A stretch of 64,000 nucleotides of DNA from Desulfosudaceae bacterium. GTDB taxonomy: Bacteria; Desulfobacterota; Desulfobacteria; Desulfobacterales; Desulfosudaceae. Where the stretch lies: the NCBI GenBank assembly GCA_963674745.2, contig CAXXDV010000003.1, positions 384,001 through 448,000 of the forward strand, written 5' to 3'. The translations under genes and the position numbers were made by a program. Every line of letters begins with the position of its first letter. Position 1 is the first letter of the stretch. Of the stretch, positions 1-9,088 are shown in pieces. The notes beneath the pieces were generated by a model, which was not told where the DNA came from, made no database searches, and saw nothing but the letters and a program-made list of their open reading frames with translations.

Positions 1-1
1 C

Positions 2-328
2 GGTCGGGCCGACGATATGCTGAAGGTCAAGGGCGTGCCGGTTTATCCCGCGGCCATCGAAGGCGTCATTCATTCCTTCCCGGATAAACTGACCGGTTCT
101 TTCCGGATCATTTTAGATGAGCCGCCTCCCAGAGTGGTCCCGCCGCTCAAGCTTAAAATCGAGCATGCGGATACTGTCAGAGAAGAAGATCTGCCGGCCA
201 TTGAAAAAGAAGTGTCCGACAAGATGCACTCCCTGCTCAAGATCCGACCGGCCATCACCTGGCTGGCGCCCGGAACCCTTGATCGGGCCACCAAGAAGAC
301 GCAGCTTCTGGAAAAAACATTCGAGTAA
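2..328 (+). CDS. Phenylacetate-CoA ligase family (AMP-forming acyl-CoA ligase), C-terminal part, truncated by window edge
   Basis: Frame reads GRADDMLKVKGV-VYP-AIE and ends PGTLDRATKKTQ, typical of the PaaK-family C-terminal domain. Confidence 0.8.
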   Translation, partial: GRADDMLKVKGVPVYPAAIEGVIHSFPDKLTGSFRIILDEPPPRVVPPLKLKIEHADTVREEDLPAIEKEVSDKMHSLLKIRPAITWLAPGTLDRATKKTQLLEKTFE

Positions 329-337
329 TTTCTTTAA

Positions 338-410
338 AGGGTTCGAGGATTCAAGGGCTCAAGGATTCAAGTGAAAGACGACTTGAACTCTTGAGCCCTT
401 TATCTTTTTT
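338..410 (+). terminator. Hairpin built from 8-nt-period repeats followed by a T-rich tail; probable terminator
   Basis: Units gggttcga/ggattcaa/gggctcaa/ggattcaa; aagggctcaag..caagt pairs with acttg..cttgagccctt, followed by tatctttttt. Confidence 0.5.
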
Positions 411-601
411 TGCCGTTGACCGGATCATCTTGAGCACACCTGTTGTTTTGCCGTGCCCCTACATAAATTCGCATCCCGCGAATTTATCCCTGCCCCCCTT
501 TGGGCTCTGCTTCACATCCGGTATGTTTGTTTTCAGGTCACATTCACAAAAAAAAGATCATCTCATGTATGCCTGAAGGTCATTATATGAATATGTAAAA
601 C

Positions 602-627
602 CTATTCTTCTATTCTTCTATTCTTCT
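602..627. repeat. Perfect 8-mer tandem repeat (ctattctt)x3
   Basis: Read directly from the sequence. Confidence 0.9.
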
Positions 628-677
628 GTAATTCTCGAATCTTTTTTAAAAACAAATAGTTGTTCTTTCCGGTCGGT

Positions 678-694
678 TCGGCACGCTTATTGAT
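678..694 (+). promoter_or_regulatory. Possible sigma-54 (-24/-12) promoter
   Basis: cGGCACG-ctta-TTGAt versus consensus TGGCACG-N4-TTGC; spacing correct, -12 C replaced by A. Confidence 0.35.
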
Positions 695-749
695 TTATGC
701 TTTGAACAGTATCGGTTTGACACCTAACAAATCATAAGGAGGCCGAACA

Positions 750-2858
750 ATGAAACTTTTCAAAATGATTCAAAAAGGCATGAAACGGGTGCCCAAGGTT
801 GCGGTGGCCGCGATTATGCTGGCGGCCATGATGGCGACGCTGCCAAAGGCGGAGGCTGCAGGACTTTTGATCGCCGACGGTGGATTTGGCGGTGTACTTG
901 AAATCAAAGAGCATGATGTTGATGTCACCATTAACAACGGCATCGCGGTGACGGATGTGACCCAGGTGTTTTTGAATACCGAGAACCGGCAGGTGGAAGC
1001 CCTCTATACGTTCCCGGTGCCCAAAGGCGCTTCGGTGGCGAATTTCAGCATGTGGATCAACGGCAAGGAGATGATCGGAGAAGTGGTCGAGAAGGAGCGA
1101 GCCCGCGAAATTTACAACAGTTATAAAAGAAAACGGCAGGACCCGGGACTCCTGGAGCAGGTGGATTACAAGACCTTTGAGATGCGGGTGTTTCCCATCA
1201 ACGCCAACGCGGAACAAAAGGTGCGCATCACTTATTACCAGGAACTGAACATCGATCATGACCGGGGCACTTATGTGTACCCCCTGGCGACCGTTACCCG
1301 GAAAGGAATTGATTCTAACACCACGGGTAAGTTCGCCATCAACGTGGAAGTAAAATCCGCCATACCGCTGGTAAGCGTAAACAGCCCCAGTCATGGGGAT
1401 GCTTTTGTGGTGGCCAATCATTCCGAAGAATATGCCGCGGCCAGTCTGGAGAGCAACGGCGGCAGCCTGGCATCGGACGTGGTCATCAATTATGATATTG
1501 CCCGGCCGAACAGCGGTATTGACATGATCGCTTCCAAAAAAATGGCCGAAGACGGTTATTTCTGTATGGCCATCACAGCCGGCAAAGAACTGGCACAAAA
1601 GGAAACCGGCATGGATTATATCTTCGTTCTTGATGTGTCAGGCAGTATGGCCAATGACGGCAAGCTCATTGTTTCCAAAAACGCGCTCGATGCCTTTTCC
1701 AACGAGATCAATGAAAACGACCGTTTTGAAGTCATGACCTTCAATGTCACGCCCCAGGTGTTGTTCGGTGAACTGAAACCCGGCATCGAAGCAGCCAAAG
1801 CCGAAGCGCGGGATTTTATGGCGACCCAGAAGGCCCGCGGCCGCACGGAACTGGTACCGGCCATGACGACCGCCTACAAATACGGTGATGCCGACCGCAC
1901 CCTGAACGTGGTGATTTTAAGTGATGGCATGACCGAACAGGGTGAAAGACAGACCCTGCTGCAGATGATCCAGTCACGTCCCCGAAACGCCCGGGTGTTT
2001 TGTGTCGGTATCGGAAATGAAGTCAACCGCCCGTTGCTGGAACAGATGGCTGAAGACTCAGGTGGTCTGGCGGCGTTTATTTCCCGGGGGGATGACTTCA
2101 AACAGGCGGCCAGGGGGTTTAAAAGAAAACTCATGCGGCCGGTGGCAACCGATCTTTCGATCGATTTCGGTGGTCTGAATGTATATGATGTTGAACCCCG
2201 GGTGCTGCCGAATCTTTTCCACGGGTCCCCGATTCGGATTTACGGCCGTTACAGCGGCGGCGGGGATGTTGATGTTACGCTGGCCGGCAATATCCAGGGG
2301 GTTGACATGAAACAGACGGCGATCATGTCTTTCCCTCAAAAGGATGACCGGAATCCCGAAATCGAACGCATGTGGGCCTGGAAACGCGTTGACCGACTGC
2401 TGAAAAACGCGGACCGGACCGGTGACCGGGGGCAGGTTCTGGATGAAATCATTGCCCTGGGTGAAGAATATTCCATTGTCACCGAATATACCTCGTTCCT
2501 GGTGCTGGAGAATGATGCCGAATACAAGCGGTGGAAAATCGAACGGCGTAATTCGGATCGTATTGCACGAGACCGTGACGCTCAAACCAAAAGAAAAGAG
2601 CAGATGGACATAATCCGGAAGAAAGCCATGGCCAATATCGGTCCGCAGGATATGGTCAAAACGGTTAAGACCGTTGAAAAACCGAACCGCCAGGCTCAAC
2701 CGGCAACCTCCGGACAGCAGCCGCAAACCCGGCCGACCTCCTCCTCCAGGAGAAGTCGGGGTGTGGATTTCAACTTCGGCGGCGGGCCGGTAGGGCCCCT
2801 GTCCGCAGGCCTGATTCTCTGGCTGAGACGACGTCAGATGAGAATCCGTAAAAAATAA
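750..2858 (+). CDS. Secreted VIT + vWA domain protein with GlyGly-CTERM-like C-terminal sorting signal
   Basis: Signal peptide (..AEA/A); VIT motifs (VTQVFLN, EALYTFPVP); MIDAS DVSGS..T..LSDG; low-complexity linker; tail GGGPVGPLSAGLILWLRRR; SD aaggagg. Confidence 0.85.
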   Translation: MKLFKMIQKGMKRVPKVAVAAIMLAAMMATLPKAEAAGLLIADGGFGGVLEIKEHDVDVTINNGIAVTDVTQVFLNTENRQVEALYTFPVPKGASVANFSMWINGKEMIGEVVEKERAREIYNSYKRKRQDPGLLEQVDYKTFEMRVFPINANAEQKVRITYYQELNIDHDRGTYVYPLATVTRKGIDSNTTGKFAINVEVKSAIPLVSVNSPSHGDAFVVANHSEEYAAASLESNGGSLASDVVINYDIARPNSGIDMIASKKMAEDGYFCMAITAGKELAQKETGMDYIFVLDVSGSMANDGKLIVSKNALDAFSNEINENDRFEVMTFNVTPQVLFGELKPGIEAAKAEARDFMATQKARGRTELVPAMTTAYKYGDADRTLNVVILSDGMTEQGERQTLLQMIQSRPRNARVFCVGIGNEVNRPLLEQMAEDSGGLAAFISRGDDFKQAARGFKRKLMRPVATDLSIDFGGLNVYDVEPRVLPNLFHGSPIRIYGRYSGGGDVDVTLAGNIQGVDMKQTAIMSFPQKDDRNPEIERMWAWKRVDRLLKNADRTGDRGQVLDEIIALGEEYSIVTEYTSFLVLENDAEYKRWKIERRNSDRIARDRDAQTKRKEQMDIIRKKAMANIGPQDMVKTVKTVEKPNRQAQPATSGQQPQTRPTSSSRRSRGVDFNFGGGPVGPLSAGLILWLRRRQMRIRKK

Positions 2859-2870
2859 CATTTAAACCCT

Positions 2871-2903
2871 GCCGGGGCATTTTAACAGAATGCCCCGGCT
2901 TTT
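2871..2903 (+). terminator. Intrinsic terminator-like hairpin between the vWA gene and the rhomboid gene
   Basis: gccggggcatt-7nt-aatgccccggc-tttt. Confidence 0.65.
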
Positions 2904-2921
2904 ATACACCGGGATAATCAA

Positions 2922-3614
2922 ATGAACGTCTTTTTTATTTACCAGAATTTTGAAAAAATGATCGAGCAATCCGGACGTCTTCTGGCGAAAACCAGATTTT
3001 CTGGCCTGTCCCTGGATATGGTTTTTCTGTTGATAATGATCGGATTCTGTAATTTTCATCTCCTTACCGGTGACTCCTGCCGGAATTTGATATTCAGGTT
3101 TGATGATGTGGTTGCCGGAGATGTTTATCGCCTGCTGACGCACCCTTTTGTGCATGTCTCCTGGTATCATTTTCTGCTCGATGCCGGGGCGTTTCTTCTT
3201 TTATACACGGGCCTTAATGAAAAGCGGGCATCGAAAAAACTGTTGACGGTGTGTATCTGCGGCGGCACCGGCCTGCTGGCGCCCCTGCTGTTTGCCCCTG
3301 ACATATACGCCCAGGGCCTGTGCGGCCTTTCCGGAATCGCCCATGGCCTGATGGCTTATTCCGGGCTGGAGATGATGAGGGAAAAAACCACCGAGAAGGC
3401 CGGCCTCGTCTGCCTGACGATGGTGGTGGCAAAATCAATATATGAGGGCGTGACGGGAACGGTGTTTTTCTCTTTTTTATTGTTTGGCCTGTGTGGTATC
3501 CCCATTGCCGTTTGTCACCTGGGTGGGGTGCTGGGCGGCATCATTTCGTTTCTGGTGTTTGGCATGAAAAAAAGCGATGTTCATGACAATAAATGGAATA
3601 TCGGTTTAGTTTGA
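2922..3614 (+). CDS. Rhomboid-family intramembrane protease, rhombosortase-like (start uncertain)
   Basis: YRLLTHPFVH..WYHFLLD, catalytic GLSGIAHG, HLGG in last TM; adjacent to a GlyGly-CTERM protein. Confidence 0.8.
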   Translation: MNVFFIYQNFEKMIEQSGRLLAKTRFSGLSLDMVFLLIMIGFCNFHLLTGDSCRNLIFRFDDVVAGDVYRLLTHPFVHVSWYHFLLDAGAFLLLYTGLNEKRASKKLLTVCICGGTGLLAPLLFAPDIYAQGLCGLSGIAHGLMAYSGLEMMREKTTEKAGLVCLTMVVAKSIYEGVTGTVFFSFLLFGLCGIPIAVCHLGGVLGGIISFLVFGMKKSDVHDNKWNIGLV

Positions 3615-3645
3615 CAAATATCCGCTCTGTTGTTAAAGAAAAATT

Positions 3646-3793
3646 TAAGGACACCTCGAAAAATTGTCTTTTGGCCCGATGTCGGCGTTGTGCTCGAATT
3701 TTAATCCTCGAAATACCGTTATGTATACCGCCGGTTAAAATTTTCACACGCCTTGACCTCAAACCAAACTTTTGATTTTTTGGGATACCCTTA
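3646..3793. repeat. Imperfect palindromic intergenic element (MITE-like), related to 33739-33867
   Basis: Terminal IR taaggacacctcgaaaaa / ttttttgggataccctta; internal gcgttg...tac-N6-gta...cgccttgacct. Confidence 0.5.
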
Positions 3794-3821
3794 TATATTT
3801 TTTTTAACAAGGAGGGGGGAT

Positions 3822-4301
3822 ATGGAAAGTCAAACTGCACTTAAACTGTTTGTCATCATTGGGGTTGCCGGCCTGTTGTTGCTGGGTAACGGCATTGTCT
3901 CCACCGACATCGGAAACCTTTTTTCCGGCGTTGCGTTTTGCCAGCCGGAGGAAGAGGAAGAACCCGTTCAAGCCCGCCCGCGGCCGGACGTCATGCCGTA
4001 TCAAGGTCAGCAGGGGCCTTTGGGTGCCCGAATCATCGGCGACTCGGGCAAGCCAAAGATGATTGGTGACACGGGTAAGCCGACCGCCGCGCCGGCCCCA
4101 ATCCCGATGCCGCCTCAACCGGATCCGGAGGACTCTCGTACCGGGATCATCGGTGACACGGGTAAGCCAAGTGCCAAGGATGATGGCAATCATGGTGATG
4201 GTATGACCACCATGCAACCTGCTCTGGGCACGCAAACCATGCAGCCTGCCACGCCTCAACACAATCCCAACTGGAAAGAGAATACATCGATTCCGCGCTG
4301 A
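3822..4301 (+). CDS. Hypothetical secreted low-complexity protein with three [IM]IGD[ST]GKP repeats
   Basis: SD aaggagg; ATG 3822; hydrophobic N-terminus; repeats at 4032-4055, 4059-4082 and 4146-4169. Confidence 0.7.
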   Translation: MESQTALKLFVIIGVAGLLLLGNGIVSTDIGNLFSGVAFCQPEEEEEPVQARPRPDVMPYQGQQGPLGARIIGDSGKPKMIGDTGKPTAAPAPIPMPPQPDPEDSRTGIIGDTGKPSAKDDGNHGDGMTTMQPALGTQTMQPATPQHNPNWKENTSIPR

Positions 4302-4657
4302 TGCATTCTTTCCGGTTGAGCATAGCGATCCTTGCCGGGTTGCTTGCCGTCTTTTTTCTGGCCGGCGGCACCTGTTGGGGCAATAGTGCGTTTAATGAGG
4401 GCCGGTTAAAGCCCCTGCTTTCAAAGAAGCCGGGGCAGACCGTGATCACCGCTGTCGGTGATCTGATTTTCAGGCGCAGAATTTCCCAATTGGATCAGCC
4501 GGACCGTGCGGGTCTTTACAGAATCCTGCAGGCGTCCGATATCACCTACGGCAACCTGGAAATGTCTTTGAATTCAAAGCCGGACACGGGTGTCTATACT
4601 TTAGTCACTGGCGCCGGACAGGCAACTGGTCGTTCCCGGAAAGGAAGGTTTTTTTGA
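4301..4657 (+). pseudogene. Truncated CapA-like (PGA_cap metallophosphoesterase family) N-terminal fragment
   Basis: ITAVGDLIF...DITYGNLEM motifs, then loss of family resemblance and a stop at 118 aa; full-length members are several times longer. Confidence 0.6.
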
Positions 4658-5077
4658 AGCCCTGGAAAAAGGCGATTTTTCTTTTACCAAAAAGACCGTC
4701 CAGGATACCGGCGCCCAGGCAGCCTATCACACCGATGTTTATTTAAGCCCCGGCCATGAGGAAGAAGGACAGCGGGCGCTGTTCGTTTATGAGGTCATAT
4801 ATATTCACGGGTTGCTGACCAATGCCTTAACATCACGTCAATATGGGAAGGGGCTGGATTGCCTGACCTCGGAAATCCGCCACCCGGCTCAATAAGCCGG
4901 TGAACCGCAGGTGTTTTCAAACAACATTACGGGGCGAGGACTGTTTAAAACAAAACAGTTTCATTTTATTGTTTTATGTGCATAAAAAAAGTGGGGGGAT
5001 GAAACGGGAAAGCATATTGCCAGGTGTTGCTTTTCTGAAAAAATGCCTTCACTGCAAACGCAACTTAAACGAGAGAT

Positions 5078-7069
5078 ATGAAAATGACCGTTTCCAGATC
5101 TGCTGTGACGATTAATGCCGTTGACAGGCAATGGAATCTGTGGCGGTATCCTTTTATTCTGTCAGCCGTTATCGCGCTTATGTTGGTTGTTCCAACGATG
5201 GTCGTGGCAACTGGCCAGGTGATGCCCGAAGTTGAATTGATCTCTCCGGAACCCGGAGCGGAGGTCGTTGCCAAACGACCGAAAATTGTCTTCCGGGCGG
5301 CGTCTCTGGCGGCGTTTCAAAACGTCCTGGTGCTTTTTGACGGGGCGGATGTCACCGGCATTATCAACACCACGCCGGAAGGTTTCTTTTTTATCCCGGT
5401 GGAAATCCTTCGTCCGGGTGTCCACACGCTGTCTGTTATGATGACAGGTCCCGACGGCGAACCCATACAGATGGATTTTACGTTTTCCACACGGCATTCA
5501 GGAATGTTTGAAGAAGCCGGTACCACCAATAACCTGAGTCTGGGCTGGGAGAAAACCGTCGATAAGACGGATGAGGCGACATTCCAAAACAGTTATAAGA
5601 TGGAGTCGAATCTGGGCCATGACAGCGTTATCCGGGAAAAGGCCTGGGAGATGCGTTTTACCACCAATCTGCGTCATTTGACGCAACACCTGACGGCCCA
5701 GCCGCCCCAGGAAGAAGGCATTAATCCGGCCAATTACCTTTTTACCGGGACCTATCAGGGGCAATCGTTTCAAGCCAGTACTCAGGTCGGTGATGTTACC
5801 GTGAGTGAAACCAGGAATACCGTTAATCTATCCCGTCGGGGCGGTACCTTCGCGGCTGATTACAAGAACATCAAGTTTAAAACCTTCATGGTCAACAGCG
5901 AAGAGGTTTTCGGGTTCAAAAAAGGCCTGGGTATCGGCGGCAGTTCCGATGACCATATCGTGGGGGCGTCGGGTGAAATCGGTCTGTTATCGGAGAAAGT
6001 CAAACTGAAAACCATTTATGCCTCCGGAGGTGAGGCAGGTGGCGGTTACAGCACCTACTGCGCCGGCGGCAATAAACGGGGGAATGTTCTGGGGCTTTTA
6101 CTGACGTCGGATTTTTTTAATAACAAATTGACTACCGAGGCCGAGCTTGACCTCTCTCATTATGATGCCGATACCACTGATGATTTTTCCCGGGAGAAAG
6201 ACAAAGCCTGGAAACTGGGTGCCGGCGGATCCTGGAATACCTATTCATACGGGATTTTTTATGAACATCTCGGAACGGATTATCAGGTGATCGGCAACCC
6301 CTATGTCCAGGCAAACATGGAGGGCGGGGGGGCGAATTTTTCGGCATCCTTTCCTGTTCAAAACGTCAGTGTGGCATTTACCCGATACCGCGACAACGTG
6401 GACGATGACGAACTCTATGCCAGGACGGTTGCCACCCAGGGACAGGCCCAGTATATGTTTACCAAATTTTCAAGCCTTCCGCTGGGATTGGCGTACCAGT
6501 TTTCAGAAGTCAAAAGCCAGGATGAGCCGGAATACGCCTACCCGGTGGACAATACGACCAATACGGTGTCGGCTACGGCTAATTATGTCCTGGGTGCATG
6601 GAATTTCGGCGCTCAGGCGGGCTTTTCCGATCAAAATGACGCCACCGCCTACAGTGCCGACACGGAGACGGTGAACTACATGCTGTCTTCCTTTTATGGC
6701 GGCAGAAATATCAGCTTTTCTCCCTCGGTTTCATTGAACCGAACCCGCAATAAACCCGCCCACGTGCGGATGGATACCTACACCACCACCCTGGACCTGA
6801 GGGGGAATTTATGGGACCAGCGTATTCACTATGAATCCGCGGGGACTTTCAGCCGGTCGGAATCAAGTGACGATGTCTCAAAACAGGACAGTTACAATAT
6901 AAATTTCCGCGTGACATACACGTTGCAGCGAAAAATATGGGGGATCAACAATCCTTCAATGGGCTTTGCCGGCTATTATACGGCCATGGAAGATTACGTT
7001 TATAACAACCGGAGCCACGAATTTACGCTTCTTTTTGTGTTCTCGGCCGGTATACCTTTTGCTTATTAA
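5078..7069 (+). CDS. Putative outer-membrane beta-barrel protein with N-terminal Ig-like domain
   Basis: Signal peptide; ELISPEPGA Ig-like start; ~500 aa of alternating amphipathic strands; aromatic C-terminus (FAY). Confidence 0.6.
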   Translation: MKMTVSRSAVTINAVDRQWNLWRYPFILSAVIALMLVVPTMVVATGQVMPEVELISPEPGAEVVAKRPKIVFRAASLAAFQNVLVLFDGADVTGIINTTPEGFFFIPVEILRPGVHTLSVMMTGPDGEPIQMDFTFSTRHSGMFEEAGTTNNLSLGWEKTVDKTDEATFQNSYKMESNLGHDSVIREKAWEMRFTTNLRHLTQHLTAQPPQEEGINPANYLFTGTYQGQSFQASTQVGDVTVSETRNTVNLSRRGGTFAADYKNIKFKTFMVNSEEVFGFKKGLGIGGSSDDHIVGASGEIGLLSEKVKLKTIYASGGEAGGGYSTYCAGGNKRGNVLGLLLTSDFFNNKLTTEAELDLSHYDADTTDDFSREKDKAWKLGAGGSWNTYSYGIFYEHLGTDYQVIGNPYVQANMEGGGANFSASFPVQNVSVAFTRYRDNVDDDELYARTVATQGQAQYMFTKFSSLPLGLAYQFSEVKSQDEPEYAYPVDNTTNTVSATANYVLGAWNFGAQAGFSDQNDATAYSADTETVNYMLSSFYGGRNISFSPSVSLNRTRNKPAHVRMDTYTTTLDLRGNLWDQRIHYESAGTFSRSESSDDVSKQDSYNINFRVTYTLQRKIWGINNPSMGFAGYYTAMEDYVYNNRSHEFTLLFVFSAGIPFAY

Positions 7070-7087
7070 ATAACAAGGAGTCCTGTC

Positions 7088-8998
7088 ATGAGAAAATATT
7101 TTTTTCTTTCAGCGCTTATCTTAGGTTTATTGTTTGTTTTTCAGGGCCTTTCCCGGGCGGTCATGATCACGGCCTCTCCCAGCCCGGCTGTTGTCGATCA
7201 GCCCGTGACGATCACGGTTAATTCTTCTTACAACACCGGGCCGACCGGTGCCAACCCCCAGTGCACGCTTGGTGTGGATTTCGGTGACGGCGCCGTGGAA
7301 CTGTTGCCAATCTGCCTGACGGATCCCTGTGTTCACACCGTCGTTCATACTTACACGACGCCGGGCCAATACACCATAACGGCCGGCAGCAAGATTGGCG
7401 GGACCTGTCAAATCTCACCCATAGTGCCGGACCCGGGCACAGTCAACCTGAAGGTCGGATGTACCGGTCTGGTGCTTTCTTCATCCGCCACGCTTTTACC
7501 GGGCGCGTCGGGTACAAGTTATTCCTATGTATTTCAGGCGACCGGTGGACAGGCGCCTTACACCTGGTCGGTGACGGGCGGTGCTCTGCCGCCGGGACTT
7601 ATCCTGTCTTCTGCCGGTCAGCTTACCGGAACACCAACAACGTCCGGTGCATATAATTTTACGGTCGGTGTCAGCGATTCCTGCCCGATCGGAACCCAGA
7701 TGGTGCAAAAACGGTTTGGCCTGTCTGTAGGATGCCCGTCTGTCAACATTACTTCTGCTGCCGTCTTACCGGCCGGAAAAGGGGGGCTGGCCTATTCACG
7801 GCAAATTCAATTTACCGGCGGGCAGCCGCCGGTTTCGTTCTCGGTCGTGGGAGGAGCGCTGCCACCGGGCCTTATATTGAGTACCTCGGGACTGCTCGCC
7901 GGCATCCCGACCATGGCCGGTACCTATAATTTTACCATTTCTCTTACGGATTCATGCGCCATTGGCGCGCAACAGGTGCAGCAGGCGTTTACGCTGGGGA
8001 TCAGCGGCGATCTTCAGGTGACTGTTTCTCCGGCCGTGCTGTATATACCCCGGAATATGGGCTCGACCCGGACGCTTGCCTATTCGTTTTCCGATAATGC
8101 GGCCGGTACCAATACCCTGATATCCCCCAGGGGGGTTTTTACAATCGGTGCTCAGGTGATCGGTGAAGCCTTGACGCCCCTGACCGTTTCGCTTGGCAAT
8201 GGCAGGGGCCTGCTCTCGGAGACCCTGGACATACCGGTTGCCGTTTCCCTGCGAGCGGAAGAGATCGGTACTTCCCGTATTTTTTACAGCAGGACATTTA
8301 CGGGTGGCGCTGTGCCTGTCACGGCTCAGGTGGAACTGATTGTCGGCACGGAAGCGACGGCCGGTTTTTCTATCAACAGGCTTCAATTGTATTTCGAGAA
8401 TCGGCGGGCTGAAATCACTGTTAAACGGAACCAGCCGGGTCTCAAAGCGTTTGCCGACATCCGTCTTGCGGGTAACGGCCTGCTGACCGGATACTGGGAG
8501 GTTGACGGACGTATTCTGGATTATGTGAACCGGCACCTGGTTTATGGCACGCCGGTCACCATTTCAACACCGGATGTCCCCCCTCTGCCGACGTTTTCGC
8601 CGGGTACGCATATTGTCCGGTTTGTTGTTACCAGCCCGTCTTCTGATATTCCCATTCCTCAGGCGCTTTACTTTGTGACTGCCGAGGCCTTTGGGGAAAT
8701 ACGTCCGATCGATCTGGACTTCCCGAAAGACCGGAGCCGGGTGCCTTATGAGTCAGTTGATTTCATCTGGCAACCAGTCAAATGGGCCCAGACTTATCTG
8801 ATTGTATTTTCCAGTAGCAACGACGAAAAGCCGGTCTTCTCCGCCTATACACGGGAGAACACGTACCGGTTGCCGGCCATGATCCTCATAAGCCTGTTCC
8901 AAAGGGATGAAAATTATCGCTGGCGCGTCAAGGGATACAACGCGGACGGCAATGTGCTGGGCGAAAGTGATATTTATCAGGTTGTATTCTCAGAATAG
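7088..8998 (+). CDS. Secreted surface protein: PKD domain, two putative-Ig (He_PIG-like) repeats, C-terminal FN3-like domain
   Basis: DFGDG..HTYTTPGQYTIT; two GG..PY/PV..GALPPGL.LS..G...GTYNFT repeats; YRWRVKGYN. Confidence 0.75.
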   Translation: MRKYFFLSALILGLLFVFQGLSRAVMITASPSPAVVDQPVTITVNSSYNTGPTGANPQCTLGVDFGDGAVELLPICLTDPCVHTVVHTYTTPGQYTITAGSKIGGTCQISPIVPDPGTVNLKVGCTGLVLSSSATLLPGASGTSYSYVFQATGGQAPYTWSVTGGALPPGLILSSAGQLTGTPTTSGAYNFTVGVSDSCPIGTQMVQKRFGLSVGCPSVNITSAAVLPAGKGGLAYSRQIQFTGGQPPVSFSVVGGALPPGLILSTSGLLAGIPTMAGTYNFTISLTDSCAIGAQQVQQAFTLGISGDLQVTVSPAVLYIPRNMGSTRTLAYSFSDNAAGTNTLISPRGVFTIGAQVIGEALTPLTVSLGNGRGLLSETLDIPVAVSLRAEEIGTSRIFYSRTFTGGAVPVTAQVELIVGTEATAGFSINRLQLYFENRRAEITVKRNQPGLKAFADIRLAGNGLLTGYWEVDGRILDYVNRHLVYGTPVTISTPDVPPLPTFSPGTHIVRFVVTSPSSDIPIPQALYFVTAEAFGEIRPIDLDFPKDRSRVPYESVDFIWQPVKWAQTYLIVFSSSNDEKPVFSAYTRENTYRLPAMILISLFQRDENYRWRVKGYNADGNVLGESDIYQVVFSE

Positions 8999-9088
8999 AA
9001 GGCGGCAATACGATGGCCCCGGCCAGGCAGCGTTTAACAGCAACGGTTTTTTAATATAATGCGATTTTATGTCTTGTCGGGCTGGTCA

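Noticed and set aside
732..2861. Long antisense ORFs (732-1598, 2058-2861; likewise 13796-14569 and 31634-32536)
   Set aside because: They shadow well-supported genes on the opposite strand and have no motifs, as expected from codon bias in GC-rich genes
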